From positions 1-64,000 of the forward strand of contig OY769902.1 of NCBI GenBank assembly GCA_963669175.1: DNA of 64,000 nt, written 5' to 3'. A model generated the notes under the pieces. That model did no database searches. It was not told the origin of the DNA and was given only the letters and a program-made list of their open reading frames with translations. Each line of letters opens with the position of its first letter. Positions within the stretch are counted from its first letter, which is position 1. This document shows positions 20,211-29,748 of this stretch, piece after piece. The position numbers and the translations under genes were made by a program. This stretch comes from a bacterium. GTDB lineage: Bacteria; Electryoneota; Electryoneia; Electryoneales; Electryoneaceae.

Positions 20211-22466
20211 TTACTTGAGCAGGACGATGCGTTGCGCTGTCTCCCACTGTCCGGCAATCGCCTGCACAAAATACACCCCGCTGGCCAATCCGGGCTGCGA
20301 ACCGAAATGGAAAGCATGACTTCCCGCATGCAGCACTCCTTCATGCAGTCTCGCCACTTCCCGACCCAGCACATCATACACGCACACCTTCACCGCCTCA
20401 GCCTGTGGCAACTCAAGCGTGATACGTGTTTCCGGGTTAGCGGGGTTGGGATAGGCCTGCATCTGCGGGGTATCGGGAAGCAAAGAAAACTGCGATTCTT
20501 CGGCGGCGGTCACTTCCCATTCATAGATGCCATACCCGGTAGACCAGGATGCAAAAACCAGGTTGTCGCTGACAAAACGAGCGTCGAATACAGCATGCGG
20601 CAATGTCGTATAGGCCACAGGAACCGGGTATTCGAAACTGTCCCTGCAGTCATAGATATAGACCTTGAAATCAGGATTATCACTCGTGTCGTAATACTTC
20701 ATGATCAGGAAACCATCCCGGTAATCCAGAATTTCCTCATCGGCTTCCACATCCATGGTACACACATATTCCGGGGCGGCGGGATCTTCAAGCGAATACA
20801 GCATGGGGGCGCTGGAAGGATTGTGGAAAAACAGAAGATCACCTGAGATAGTTAAATTCCCCCAACAATAATCGAGATCCAGCGAATGAACCAATTCAGG
20901 GACGGCTGGATCCTGAAGCGAGTACGTTTGCAAGTAATAATCATTGCGATTATCATCAGCGCACACGACATACAGGTATTCTTCATGTACCAGGACGTCA
21001 TAATAGTACATGTCAGAAAAAACAAAAGAAGTATCGATAAATGGGTTCATGGCATCTGTAGCATTCACAACATAGAGGGTATCCGATTCGTAACCGTAGG
21101 AAAACAGGTAGATCCATTCATCAAAGTTTTTGCTGACTGTACAACTACTTGTCAGTAATCCGTTTCCCAGTCGCACGCCCAACGGTTCATTTTCATCCGG
21201 CACAACGATGTGGTACCAATCGACCGAGGATTGAACTCCACCACCACCACTGTTGCCATATAGCAAAACCTTGTTATTTCCCTGTACATCAACATATAGC
21301 GTGCTATCTTCCTCAATAGCGCCAAGGTAGGAGATTGATCCGGCTTCATCGATTCGGTATGCTTTCGGTCCTTGTCCATCGCCATTTACCAGGGCAATAT
21401 CATCACACAATACAAAGTTGCCCCATTCATCTACCGGATCAAAAATGGAAAGGGTTCCAAAGGGTTGATCATCCATTTCCACAGTACGCAAACCACCAGT
21501 TCCATAAGGCGTATACACGTTCTGCCCCAGCACCACGCTGTTTGTCGAATTGTAAAACAAGTCTGACTCTGCGCTGTCAACCAGGACAAGAGTATTGCTG
21601 TCACTCAACTCAAAAGCATAATGATAGTCACTGTAAGATTTGTTTACATAAATGTAATTACCGATAATACGAGCGTTGGAATAATAAGTTCCTTCAGGAG
21701 CAACATACTCAGCGTGAAAAACAATGTTGTATGGGTTGGAAATGTCATAAACAAGCACTTCACGTCCCCCGGCCGATACAAGCAGGTTGTCTTTTATGAA
21801 GAAGTCATACCCGGGAAGGAACTGGTCCACAGTTTGGATTTCATTCGGATATTCAGGATCCTGGCACCCCCAGGCCTTTAGCTGATATGTGCCCCCATCA
21901 AGGTATTTCACCCCATAGAGAATAGAATCATGAAATTTCAATTCATAGACAGACCGATCATCAAAAGGTGTGTATTCAAACACCAGTTCTACGCGGTCGT
22001 TATCCAGCAAGCGGTAAACCTGAAAATTGAAACTATAAACGTAGATATATTCGTCGCCATCCCAACAGGAATAGTAGACAAATGTATAATCCGTATCATA
22101 ACTGTTGACTAATTCCGGTTGTGACGTGTTGGTCACATCGTATAAATACAGGTGATTGGTACACCTCAAATAAAGTTGATTCCCGTTTAACTCACAAAAC
22201 GAATAGGAATCTTCATTCTCCCCAATCTGGTTGATGATGTTGTAAGCATGACGGTCGTTCGGCTCCAGCACCAGCAGGCCGGAATACCCGGCAGCGATGT
22301 ATACCGTGCCATCCTCTGCTACCGCCACATCACGAAACCCACCATAGGATTGCACACCATGAAGCTGGGTCATGCCACGGCTGGGTTGGGCGTCAGCATT
22401 GGAATAAGGAAGAAAAACCAACAGGCAGGCAAGCAGGGACAGAGTACTCCTCAAGAAGCTGTTCAT
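20211..22466 (-). CDS. Secreted LVIVD-repeat protein with T9SS-type CTD (array gene 3)
   Basis: Full-length paralog of gene 2; GGAGG RBS; same YPNPANP CTD. Confidence 0.85.
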   Translation of the reverse strand: MNSFLRSTLSLLACLLVFLPYSNADAQPSRGMTQLHGVQSYGGFRDVAVAEDGTVYIAAGYSGLLVLEPNDRHAYNIINQIGENEDSYSFCELNGNQLYLRCTNHLYLYDVTNTSQPELVNSYDTDYTFVYYSCWDGDEYIYVYSFNFQVYRLLDNDRVELVFEYTPFDDRSVYELKFHDSILYGVKYLDGGTYQLKAWGCQDPEYPNEIQTVDQFLPGYDFFIKDNLLVSAGGREVLVYDISNPYNIVFHAEYVAPEGTYYSNARIIGNYIYVNKSYSDYHYAFELSDSNTLVLVDSAESDLFYNSTNSVVLGQNVYTPYGTGGLRTVEMDDQPFGTLSIFDPVDEWGNFVLCDDIALVNGDGQGPKAYRIDEAGSISYLGAIEEDSTLYVDVQGNNKVLLYGNSGGGGVQSSVDWYHIVVPDENEPLGVRLGNGLLTSSCTVSKNFDEWIYLFSYGYESDTLYVVNATDAMNPFIDTSFVFSDMYYYDVLVHEEYLYVVCADDNRNDYYLQTYSLQDPAVPELVHSLDLDYCWGNLTISGDLLFFHNPSSAPMLYSLEDPAAPEYVCTMDVEADEEILDYRDGFLIMKYYDTSDNPDFKVYIYDCRDSFEYPVPVAYTTLPHAVFDARFVSDNLVFASWSTGYGIYEWEVTAAEESQFSLLPDTPQMQAYPNPANPETRITLELPQAEAVKVCVYDVLGREVARLHEGVLHAGSHAFHFGSQPGLASGVYFVQAIAGQWETAQRIVLLK

Positions 22467-22653
22467 GATGTCCTCCACAATACTTTTATCGTCGATCGCG
22501 CCCTACAGCGCGATGCAGTTGTCTCATGTTGTCTAATATACTGGGCTTACAATCACATTCCTACTACTTCCATGATCGGCAAAAGAATATTTCTCACGCA
22601 AAGACGCTAAGACGCAAAGAAAGAGAATCAAAATATTTTTGTAAAAACAAACT

Positions 22654-22799
22654 CATTCTTTTTCATCCTTGATATCCTTATCATCCTTTGTATCCTGTAC
22701 TTTAAACCATCATCCTTGATATCCTATTATCCTACCATCCTGTTAAGAAAATTATCCTGTTCATCATTCCCTATCGTGTCCATCTTGTGAATCAGAGTG
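22654..22799 (-). repeat. GGAT-periodic 3' element, copy 4
   Basis: High identity to copy 2. Confidence 0.85.
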
Positions 22800-25112
22800 C
22801 TACTTGAGCAGTACGATGCGTTGTGCTGTCTCCCACTGTCCGGCTGTAGCGTGAACGAAATACACCCCACTCGCCAGTCCGGGTTGCGAGCCGAAATGGA
22901 AAGCGTGGTTTCCCGCCTGAAGTACTCCTTCATGCAACCTCGCCACTTCCCGTCCCAGCACATCATACACACACACCGTCACTGCCTCGGTCTGCGGCAA
23001 CTCAAGCGTGATGCGTGTTTCCGGGTTGGCCGGGTTGGGATACATCGCCAGTTCCGGCGCGACCGGAAGCGGCTCGATGTCCTGCCCGCCAACCCCCACA
23101 TCATCACAGGAAAACAGCCCCCAACCATAACCCCAACAGGCGAACAGACGGTTATCCTCGAGAAACATGGCAAGCCCATAATCGGGCAGGGTATAACAGG
23201 CGATCATGGTAGGATCTTCCGTCCATTCATTGAGAGAATGTATTTCAATGTGTTTTCTTGTGTCATAGTTGGTTTCATGCCGGTTCAGCAACAGGTAGTC
23301 TCCGCGTCTGTCGAAAATGTTTACGCTTAACGGCAACTCAATTTCATGATGCAATACCGGCAAGGATGGATCCGAAAGTGAATACACCCCATACTCTTCG
23401 TTGTTATTCGCAGTATGCCAATCCTGCAGCAGGAAAAGATCATTGCCTGTCCTGGTAAAATGATGTGCCCAGTCATCGGCTGCTTCATCAAGAACCACTT
23501 CCGGCGTTGAAGGATCGCTGAAATCCACGATACGGAACCGTGTCCCTATGCCTTGTGATGAGGTCAGATACAGGTGATTGTTATAACAAACAGGAATGTT
23601 AAAAACATGAAAATCCATCCGCACCGTATTCAACAGCGAGAGGTTGTCCGGATCAGACATGTCATAGAAGCAGAAATGTGACGCTTCTTCGTCATAGTCA
23701 TAGAGGTTGTCGTACCCCACAAGCACATCATCATAGGTTTCAAAGAACTGCAAGACTGGTGTCTGGAGGGTATCACGGAAGTCCACCCCCAGTTCAGCAT
23801 CTGGATTGGGAGTAATTACCTGGACTGTAAATGTGGAGGCTGGTCCATGATGTGGGTAAGTAAATTGTATCAACGCCTGCTCATCCCCAACAGATCGAAC
23901 TCTTGCGCCGATGGCTCCTTCCGGCAGCCAGGTTCCCAGGAGAGTAAGTTCATCTGCGTTCGAATGACGATAGAAGCGTAGCGAATCCGACGAACTGCCG
24001 ATTACAATCGTTTCACCAAGCAGAACCGGAGTTCGCAAGTCATACACAGGGTCATATTTGCCAGCGATTATGCCTGGCGCCTCTGCTTGCAGGTCATAGC
24101 TGAGTAAGCCATACTGAGCGCCGGCAAACCAGGCATGATTATCCGATTTGTGTCGCCACGGTCCCAGGAAATCATCTGCCGGAAGAGTATATAACGGCTC
24201 AAGTTCGTCGTTGCTGATATCAAACTGCCTGAAATAACTACCGGAAAAACGGGCCAGCACATAATCATCAAGGAGGGTGATACTGCCAAGGCTATCGACA
24301 GAATCAGCTGTCCATTCGTCAAGCAGTTGAATCTCGTTCGGGTTGGCAAGATTGTATAACGACAGGGTTTGCTCACGTTTGACCAGCAGACGGCCGTCGT
24401 TAATGTCAAAGTTTTCTACCTGCCTGTCAAAATCCTCTGGCAGTTCCACTGCCTGCACAGCCAGGGGATTTGAATAATCAAGAAGGGCAAAATCGAGATT
24501 GCCAAGAGTATCTGCGCAGATGCTGACGGCAACCAGTGAAGGAGTTATTTCAACCTGTTGGATAGAATAAATCCCTGGATCAAAGTAGAAAGAGTCCAAC
24601 AATGCGGGTGCATGCTGATCAGTAATGGAACAGAAAATGATTCCCCTGGATTCTTCCTTAATTAGCACAGTGTCCATCAGGCAGATTTTGCGTACCTGGT
24701 AGATATCTGCATTACTGAACCTGTAAAACATATCCGAATACGCATAGCTGGCTGTTTGCACCGGATGAAGCGGGTCTTCTATTGAGTACAGCATCATTGC
24801 CGTTGTGCCCATCGTAAGCGCGATATCTCCGGACACTTCAATCACGCCAATGTTTTCACCAAGCGTCTGAAGTTGATTGACAACCGTAAACTCACCGTCG
24901 TCTTCTTCGATGATCAGCAGCCCTGAAGTTCCCGCCGCGACAGCCAGGTAATCGCCCAGCACTGCCACATCGTTGAAATAGTTATACGTTTGCTGTCCCC
25001 GGATGATAGAAATGCCAAGACTATCCTGGGAAAACGCTGCCGGAGCAAGGAGAAGAAGAAGTACCGGCATGATGCCACATACCAGGCGTGCTACTGTTCG
25101 CGTCCCGTTCAT
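22800..25112 (-). CDS. Secreted LVIVD-repeat protein with T9SS-type CTD (array gene 4)
   Basis: Signal peptide (AFSQDS); DxSDP repeats; same YPNPANP CTD. Confidence 0.85.
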   Translation of the reverse strand: MNGTRTVARLVCGIMPVLLLLLAPAAFSQDSLGISIIRGQQTYNYFNDVAVLGDYLAVAAGTSGLLIIEEDDGEFTVVNQLQTLGENIGVIEVSGDIALTMGTTAMMLYSIEDPLHPVQTASYAYSDMFYRFSNADIYQVRKICLMDTVLIKEESRGIIFCSITDQHAPALLDSFYFDPGIYSIQQVEITPSLVAVSICADTLGNLDFALLDYSNPLAVQAVELPEDFDRQVENFDINDGRLLVKREQTLSLYNLANPNEIQLLDEWTADSVDSLGSITLLDDYVLARFSGSYFRQFDISNDELEPLYTLPADDFLGPWRHKSDNHAWFAGAQYGLLSYDLQAEAPGIIAGKYDPVYDLRTPVLLGETIVIGSSSDSLRFYRHSNADELTLLGTWLPEGAIGARVRSVGDEQALIQFTYPHHGPASTFTVQVITPNPDAELGVDFRDTLQTPVLQFFETYDDVLVGYDNLYDYDEEASHFCFYDMSDPDNLSLLNTVRMDFHVFNIPVCYNNHLYLTSSQGIGTRFRIVDFSDPSTPEVVLDEAADDWAHHFTRTGNDLFLLQDWHTANNNEEYGVYSLSDPSLPVLHHEIELPLSVNIFDRRGDYLLLNRHETNYDTRKHIEIHSLNEWTEDPTMIACYTLPDYGLAMFLEDNRLFACWGYGWGLFSCDDVGVGGQDIEPLPVAPELAMYPNPANPETRITLELPQTEAVTVCVYDVLGREVARLHEGVLQAGNHAFHFGSQPGLASGVYFVHATAGQWETAQRIVLLK

Positions 25113-25426
25113 GGTGTGCCCCCTTCACGATAGTTTTCATCAAACAGAACAAAAGAACGAATCGTGAATCATGATGAAACCGGATCGAGCAACAAAAGCG
25201 GTCCTGCGCTAACAGGCCGCGGTGCGGGGGGATAATGATGTTACTAATAGAATAAAACATTGTTCTGTTGATTTCAAGCAACAATCACACTTTCTCAAAA
25301 TATTTACTATGTTACCTGGAGCAGGCTCTCCGGAATCTTTTTCACGGATCACTGCACACGGCAGGAACAGGTTGTATCTTTCCCGCGTACCAGATTTGTC
25401 AGTCAACAACCATACAGGGCGCGTAC

Positions 25427-26485
25427 ATGTCCTTCGATATCAGCTTCTATACCGAGAAAGACCGGGCCGAGTGGGAACGATTTGTCCGTCATTCTTCGCA
25501 GGGTAACTTCTTCCATTTCCAGCGCTTTCTGGATTATCACCCGGAAGGCCGTTTTAACATGCGGCACCTGATTTTCCGGCGGAAGGGCCACATTGTGGCT
25601 ATCTGGCCGGGCGCCTACCGTGATGAAGATGGCCTGAAAAGCTGGACCAGTCATCCGGGAGCCAGTTATGGCGGGTTGATCACATTACCCAATATGGGCA
25701 TCCGTGACATTCACCAGTTGGTCCTGTCACTTATCGAGGTGGCAAAGGAAGAAGGCATAGAACGACTTCGTTGCACCCCGCCCCCGCTGATGTACCACCG
25801 CAGGCCGGAGGATACGGTCGAGTTCGCCATGCTTCGCGCCGGGTTCACGTACCTGAAACAGGACTATACCCAGGCAGTTGACCTGGTTTCCCTGCCCAAG
25901 GAAGAAGAAGAAATCATGCTGAAGTATGACGCCAAAACCCGTACCGCGATACGCAAGGCGGTAAAATCGGGCCTGGAAGTCAAGCATGATGTCCCCATCG
26001 AAGGGCAGGAGCTGGATGATTATTACTCCATCCTGTACAACAACCGGAAACGTCTGGGCGTCACCCCGACTCATACTCGTGATGAAATCGCACGACTGGT
26101 CGAACTGGCCCCACGTTATCTCGACCTCTCCATGGCTTATTACGAGGACAAACCTGTTGCAGGTATCCTGAATTTCATCTGCAACGAAAAAGTCATCCTT
26201 GAATTCTACATCGCTCACAAAAATTCAGCCCAGAAACTGCGTCCGGTTCCCCTGCTGGTGCATGAAACCATCCTGCGTTCACAACGACGTGGCTTCCAAT
26301 GGATGGATTTCGGTATCAGTACCGAAGCGGAACACAAGGTGACCTGGGGATTGGCTGCGTTTAAAGAGAATTTCTTTGTCCAGGGATTCTTCCGTAACAC
26401 CCTGATACTGGACACGATCCAGAGCTGGGAACCATCGGAAACCTTCCTGCCGACAACGCAACGCGTGATGACGGATATGCGGTAG
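25427..26485 (+). CDS. GNAT/FemAB-like acyltransferase, probably surface-polysaccharide associated
   Basis: SHPGASYGG, RTAIRKAVKSGL, GFQWMDFGIST and GLAAFKENF motifs. Confidence 0.8.
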   Translation: MSFDISFYTEKDRAEWERFVRHSSQGNFFHFQRFLDYHPEGRFNMRHLIFRRKGHIVAIWPGAYRDEDGLKSWTSHPGASYGGLITLPNMGIRDIHQLVLSLIEVAKEEGIERLRCTPPPLMYHRRPEDTVEFAMLRAGFTYLKQDYTQAVDLVSLPKEEEEIMLKYDAKTRTAIRKAVKSGLEVKHDVPIEGQELDDYYSILYNNRKRLGVTPTHTRDEIARLVELAPRYLDLSMAYYEDKPVAGILNFICNEKVILEFYIAHKNSAQKLRPVPLLVHETILRSQRRGFQWMDFGISTEAEHKVTWGLAAFKENFFVQGFFRNTLILDTIQSWEPSETFLPTTQRVMTDMR

Positions 26486-26505
26486 ACAGAGCCTGAGAAA
26501 CATTC

Positions 26506-26542
26506 ACCGGAATCGTCACCAGATGATTCCGGTTTTTCTTTT
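26506..26542 (+). terminator. Rho-independent terminator
   Basis: accggaatc..gattccggt followed by a T-tract. Confidence 0.7.
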
Positions 26543-26749
26543 TGGACAACTCTCTTTACCAGAACTTCAACTAAACCTCAAGTAAAACGTAAACTTACAA
26601 CCGGGAACAGATTGCCGTACACGGCATTTTTTCCACCTGCTCATCAAACCGGTATTTCCTCATCTCGTTAAAAAACAGCTTCATGGATTGAGGCATATCC
26701 CTTGCCATTCAGATTGGCAAACAACAATCCCCATGCTTACGGAGTAAGA

Positions 26750-27130
26750 ATGAAGTTCACATCCTACGCTTCACGGATTCACGGGACGACAGCTTACATT
26801 TTCGGCGGTCGTGCGCTGGACTTCGACACCCAGGGTGGGTTGGAAGAGATCATGAATGCGATGATCAATACCGGCGTACGTAGAATTGTGCTCACGCTGA
26901 AAGACATGAAATTCCTGCATTACACGCTGTTTGCCGCGTTACTGGCCACCCAGAACCGTCTCGAAAGCCTGGGAGGCGACCTGATCCTCGCGGAAACTCC
27001 TGAATTCGTAAAATGGACATTGAAGGAGCTGGACCTGATGCACCGTTTCGCCCTCGTGCCCCATGCTGACACGGTTTCACGGGCTGAAATGATGACTGTT
27101 GACCTGAATCGTATTGTTCTGCCAGGATGA
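26750..27130 (+). CDS. STAS-domain (anti-sigma factor antagonist-like) protein
   Basis: GRALDFD...RRIVLTLKDMKFL...GGDLILAETPEFVKWTL fits the STAS pattern. Confidence 0.75.
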   Translation: MKFTSYASRIHGTTAYIFGGRALDFDTQGGLEEIMNAMINTGVRRIVLTLKDMKFLHYTLFAALLATQNRLESLGGDLILAETPEFVKWTLKELDLMHRFALVPHADTVSRAEMMTVDLNRIVLPG

Positions 27131-27134
27131 TGAG

Positions 27135-27533
27135 ATGACTGCCGGAGAGATCACGTCAACCAACCTCGTCAGTTTTTCGGTACAGCTTGAAGGAACGCTT
27201 GCATTGGTGCAGGCCGGTAGCAGGCTGGACGAGGACAAGGACAATATGCTTGAAAAAACGATCTCCCGTTGTTTGCAACAGGGGTCACGACATATTCTTG
27301 TCAACCTGCAGGGAATGAAAACAGTAAACCTGCCAAAGCTGACGTCACTTGCACGGTTGCATGAGAAGATCAGGCTCCTGGGAGGCGAGTTGATTTTTAC
27401 CGGAATGCCGGAGTTTGTTCAATGGTATTTGTCGGACATTGAAATGCTGGAGCGGTTTTCGCTGGCTCCACATTCCGAAATTGTCAGGCTTTCACGTCGA
27501 AACAACCGGTTCGACCTGATCCCTGAAAACTGA
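27135..27533 (+). CDS. STAS-domain protein (paralog of the preceding gene)
   Basis: GSRLDE...HILVNLQGMKTV...GGELIFTGMPEFVQWYL. Confidence 0.75.
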   Translation: MTAGEITSTNLVSFSVQLEGTLALVQAGSRLDEDKDNMLEKTISRCLQQGSRHILVNLQGMKTVNLPKLTSLARLHEKIRLLGGELIFTGMPEFVQWYLSDIEMLERFSLAPHSEIVRLSRRNNRFDLIPEN

Positions 27534-27594
27534 TTTATAGACACCCATTTGCACGATTGTTTATCCCATCCCCAGGGATACTACCGCTCATATA

Positions 27595-27630
27595 AGCCCT
27601 GCCGGAAGCTCATCCGGCGGGGCTGTTTTT
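27595..27630 (+). terminator. Rho-independent terminator
   Basis: agccctgccgga..tccggcggggct followed by gttttt. Confidence 0.7.
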
Positions 27631-27802
27631 CATTGTATCCTTACATAACTGATTCGTATATTTAATGTTCGCCAGCTTGATTATGAGTTTCCATAGAATT
27701 GGCTGTGAACTCCAGAGACAGGTGGTGAGGAAGATCAACACGTGTATTAACACTTTCCTTACCATGTGCCTGTTCATTAAACGAAAACGGTTTGAGGCTT
27801 AG

Positions 27803-29698
27803 GTGAGCTTCTTCAGCAAACATCATAATGTTGTCCGCCGGGTTGTCAAGATCGCTCTCGATGTTGGCGCGTTTTTTCTCTCGCTGATTGTGGCGTATTT
27901 CTTACGTTTCAATCCAACGGAAGCCATCTTGGTATTGTCCAACCTGGGCTGGCTGATTTTGATCTTTATCGCAATTCGACTGGGTACATTTTTTCTCTTT
28001 CGATTGCACTCGTCTATCTGGCGATACGGCGGAACGCACGATCTTCTGAATATTCTGAAAGCATCGACCGTTGGCACTCTGATCATCGTTGTGGTGTCCT
28101 ATTTCCTGCATTACAAGGGGATGTCACGGCTTATCATTGCCCTGGATTGGCTGCTGGTTGTATTCCTGACCGGTGGCATGCGGTTGAGCGTACGTTTGCT
28201 ATACGAAACAAAAGACCGGTTCGTCAGGCAATCACGGCAAGAAGCCACATCCGATGACAAAACCAATGTTCTGATTTACGGTGCCGGGCGTGCTGGCGAG
28301 CTGTTGTTGCGCGATATCAACAGTGCTGTTCAGGAAGGTATCAATGTTGTTGGTTTTGTTGATGATGATAAAAACAAGCATGGCCAGTACATCCACAACA
28401 GGAAAGTACTCGGTGGTGCAGCCAATATTCCGGAAGTAATAAACAAGTACAATGTTCAGGAAATTTTCTTCGCCATCGCTTCACTGTCCGGTACAGAAGC
28501 TCGTGACCTGCTAACCTCTATTCGTGAAACAGCCGGAGACCAGGTCAGCATTAAAATTATTCCCGGCTTGCAGGATCTTATGCATGGCCGGATCAGTGTA
28601 AACCAGCTTCGTAATATTGAGATTGCAGACTTATTGCGTCGCAAACCGGTCGAACTGGATTATGATCCGGTCCGTCAGATGATTCACGGTCAGGTTCCGA
28701 TCATCGTGGGTGGCGGTGGAAGTATCGGGAGTGAAATCTGCCGACAGATTGCCCTGTTTAATCCCAGGCGATTGATCGTTCTTGACGCAAGTGAATTTAA
28801 TCTGTATACCACGGAGATGATGTTGCGGGAACAGTTCCCGGAACTTGACCTCCAGATTGTTGTTGGAGACGCTACCAGCAAGAATCTCCTCAAGCATACG
28901 TTTGAGAAATATCGGCCAAACCAGCTATTCCATGCCGCCGCGTACAAACATGTGCCGCTTATGGAGCACAGTCCCTGGTCGGCCGTTTACAACAATATCA
29001 GCACGACTCTCAACCTGGCTGAAATTTCACGTGAATATGAAATTGAACGCTTTGTGATGATTTCTACGGACAAGGCTGTTCATCCCACGAATGTCATGGG
29101 GGCAACCAAACGCATCTGCGAAGAAATTGTCCTGGCCAACAGCGCCAACAGTAAAACTGATTTTATGACCGTCCGTTTCGGTAATGTCCTCGGCAGTAGC
29201 GGCAGTGTGATCCCACGCTTCCAGAAACAGATTGAACAGGGTGGCCCGGTAACCGTTACACACCCCCAGATCAAACGCTATTTCATGTTGATCTCGGAAG
29301 CGGTTGAGCTGGTTTTGCAGGCTGGCGCAATCGGGGAAAACGGTGTCTGCTACGTGTTGGATATGGGACAGCCTGTGCCTATTCTGGAACTGGCAAAATA
29401 CATGATCAACCTGGCCGGATTGAAAGAAGGGACGGACATCCGGATCGAATTTACCGGGTTACGTCCCGGCGAAAAACTTTCGGAAGAGTTGTGCCTGGTA
29501 GGTGAAGAGATCGGCACAACCATTCCCGGCCTGATGATGCTGCGCCAGAGGAATGTAAAGGATGAATCCTTCCTGCAAGCACTGCGGGAATTTGCCAACA
29601 ATACTTACACCTATGATCAGAACCAGATCAGGAAAAAACTACAGCAGTTTGTTCCGGAATATACCCCAAACCAGAAAACAGTACCTGTCGGAAAATAA
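27803..29698 (+). CDS. Membrane-bound nucleoside-diphosphate sugar 4,6-dehydratase (CapD/PglF/WbpM family)
   Basis: Four N-terminal TM helices; GAGxAG; GGGGSIGSE; HAAAYKHVP; ISTDKAV; RFGNVLGSSGSVIP; GLRPGEKL. Confidence 0.95.
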   Translation: MSFFSKHHNVVRRVVKIALDVGAFFLSLIVAYFLRFNPTEAILVLSNLGWLILIFIAIRLGTFFLFRLHSSIWRYGGTHDLLNILKASTVGTLIIVVVSYFLHYKGMSRLIIALDWLLVVFLTGGMRLSVRLLYETKDRFVRQSRQEATSDDKTNVLIYGAGRAGELLLRDINSAVQEGINVVGFVDDDKNKHGQYIHNRKVLGGAANIPEVINKYNVQEIFFAIASLSGTEARDLLTSIRETAGDQVSIKIIPGLQDLMHGRISVNQLRNIEIADLLRRKPVELDYDPVRQMIHGQVPIIVGGGGSIGSEICRQIALFNPRRLIVLDASEFNLYTTEMMLREQFPELDLQIVVGDATSKNLLKHTFEKYRPNQLFHAAAYKHVPLMEHSPWSAVYNNISTTLNLAEISREYEIERFVMISTDKAVHPTNVMGATKRICEEIVLANSANSKTDFMTVRFGNVLGSSGSVIPRFQKQIEQGGPVTVTHPQIKRYFMLISEAVELVLQAGAIGENGVCYVLDMGQPVPILELAKYMINLAGLKEGTDIRIEFTGLRPGEKLSEELCLVGEEIGTTIPGLMMLRQRNVKDESFLQALREFANNTYTYDQNQIRKKLQQFVPEYTPNQKTVPVGK

Positions 29699-29748
29699 GC
29701 TGCGGGTGAAAAAAAAGAAGCACAAACATAAAAGGAGTTACAACGTAC

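Noticed and set aside
14742-22972. Repeated small ORFs (MKECCMREVMLS..., MLLEQDDTLR...) seen four times
   Set aside because: They are alternative frames of the duplicated CTD plus 3' repeat DNA, not independent genes.
14812-23040. Diversity-generating retroelement (TR/VR) explanation for the near-identical CTD repeats
   Set aside because: Differences are not adenine-specific (one of the two gene 1/2 changes is C/G), all copies are coding, and no reverse transcriptase is in the window.
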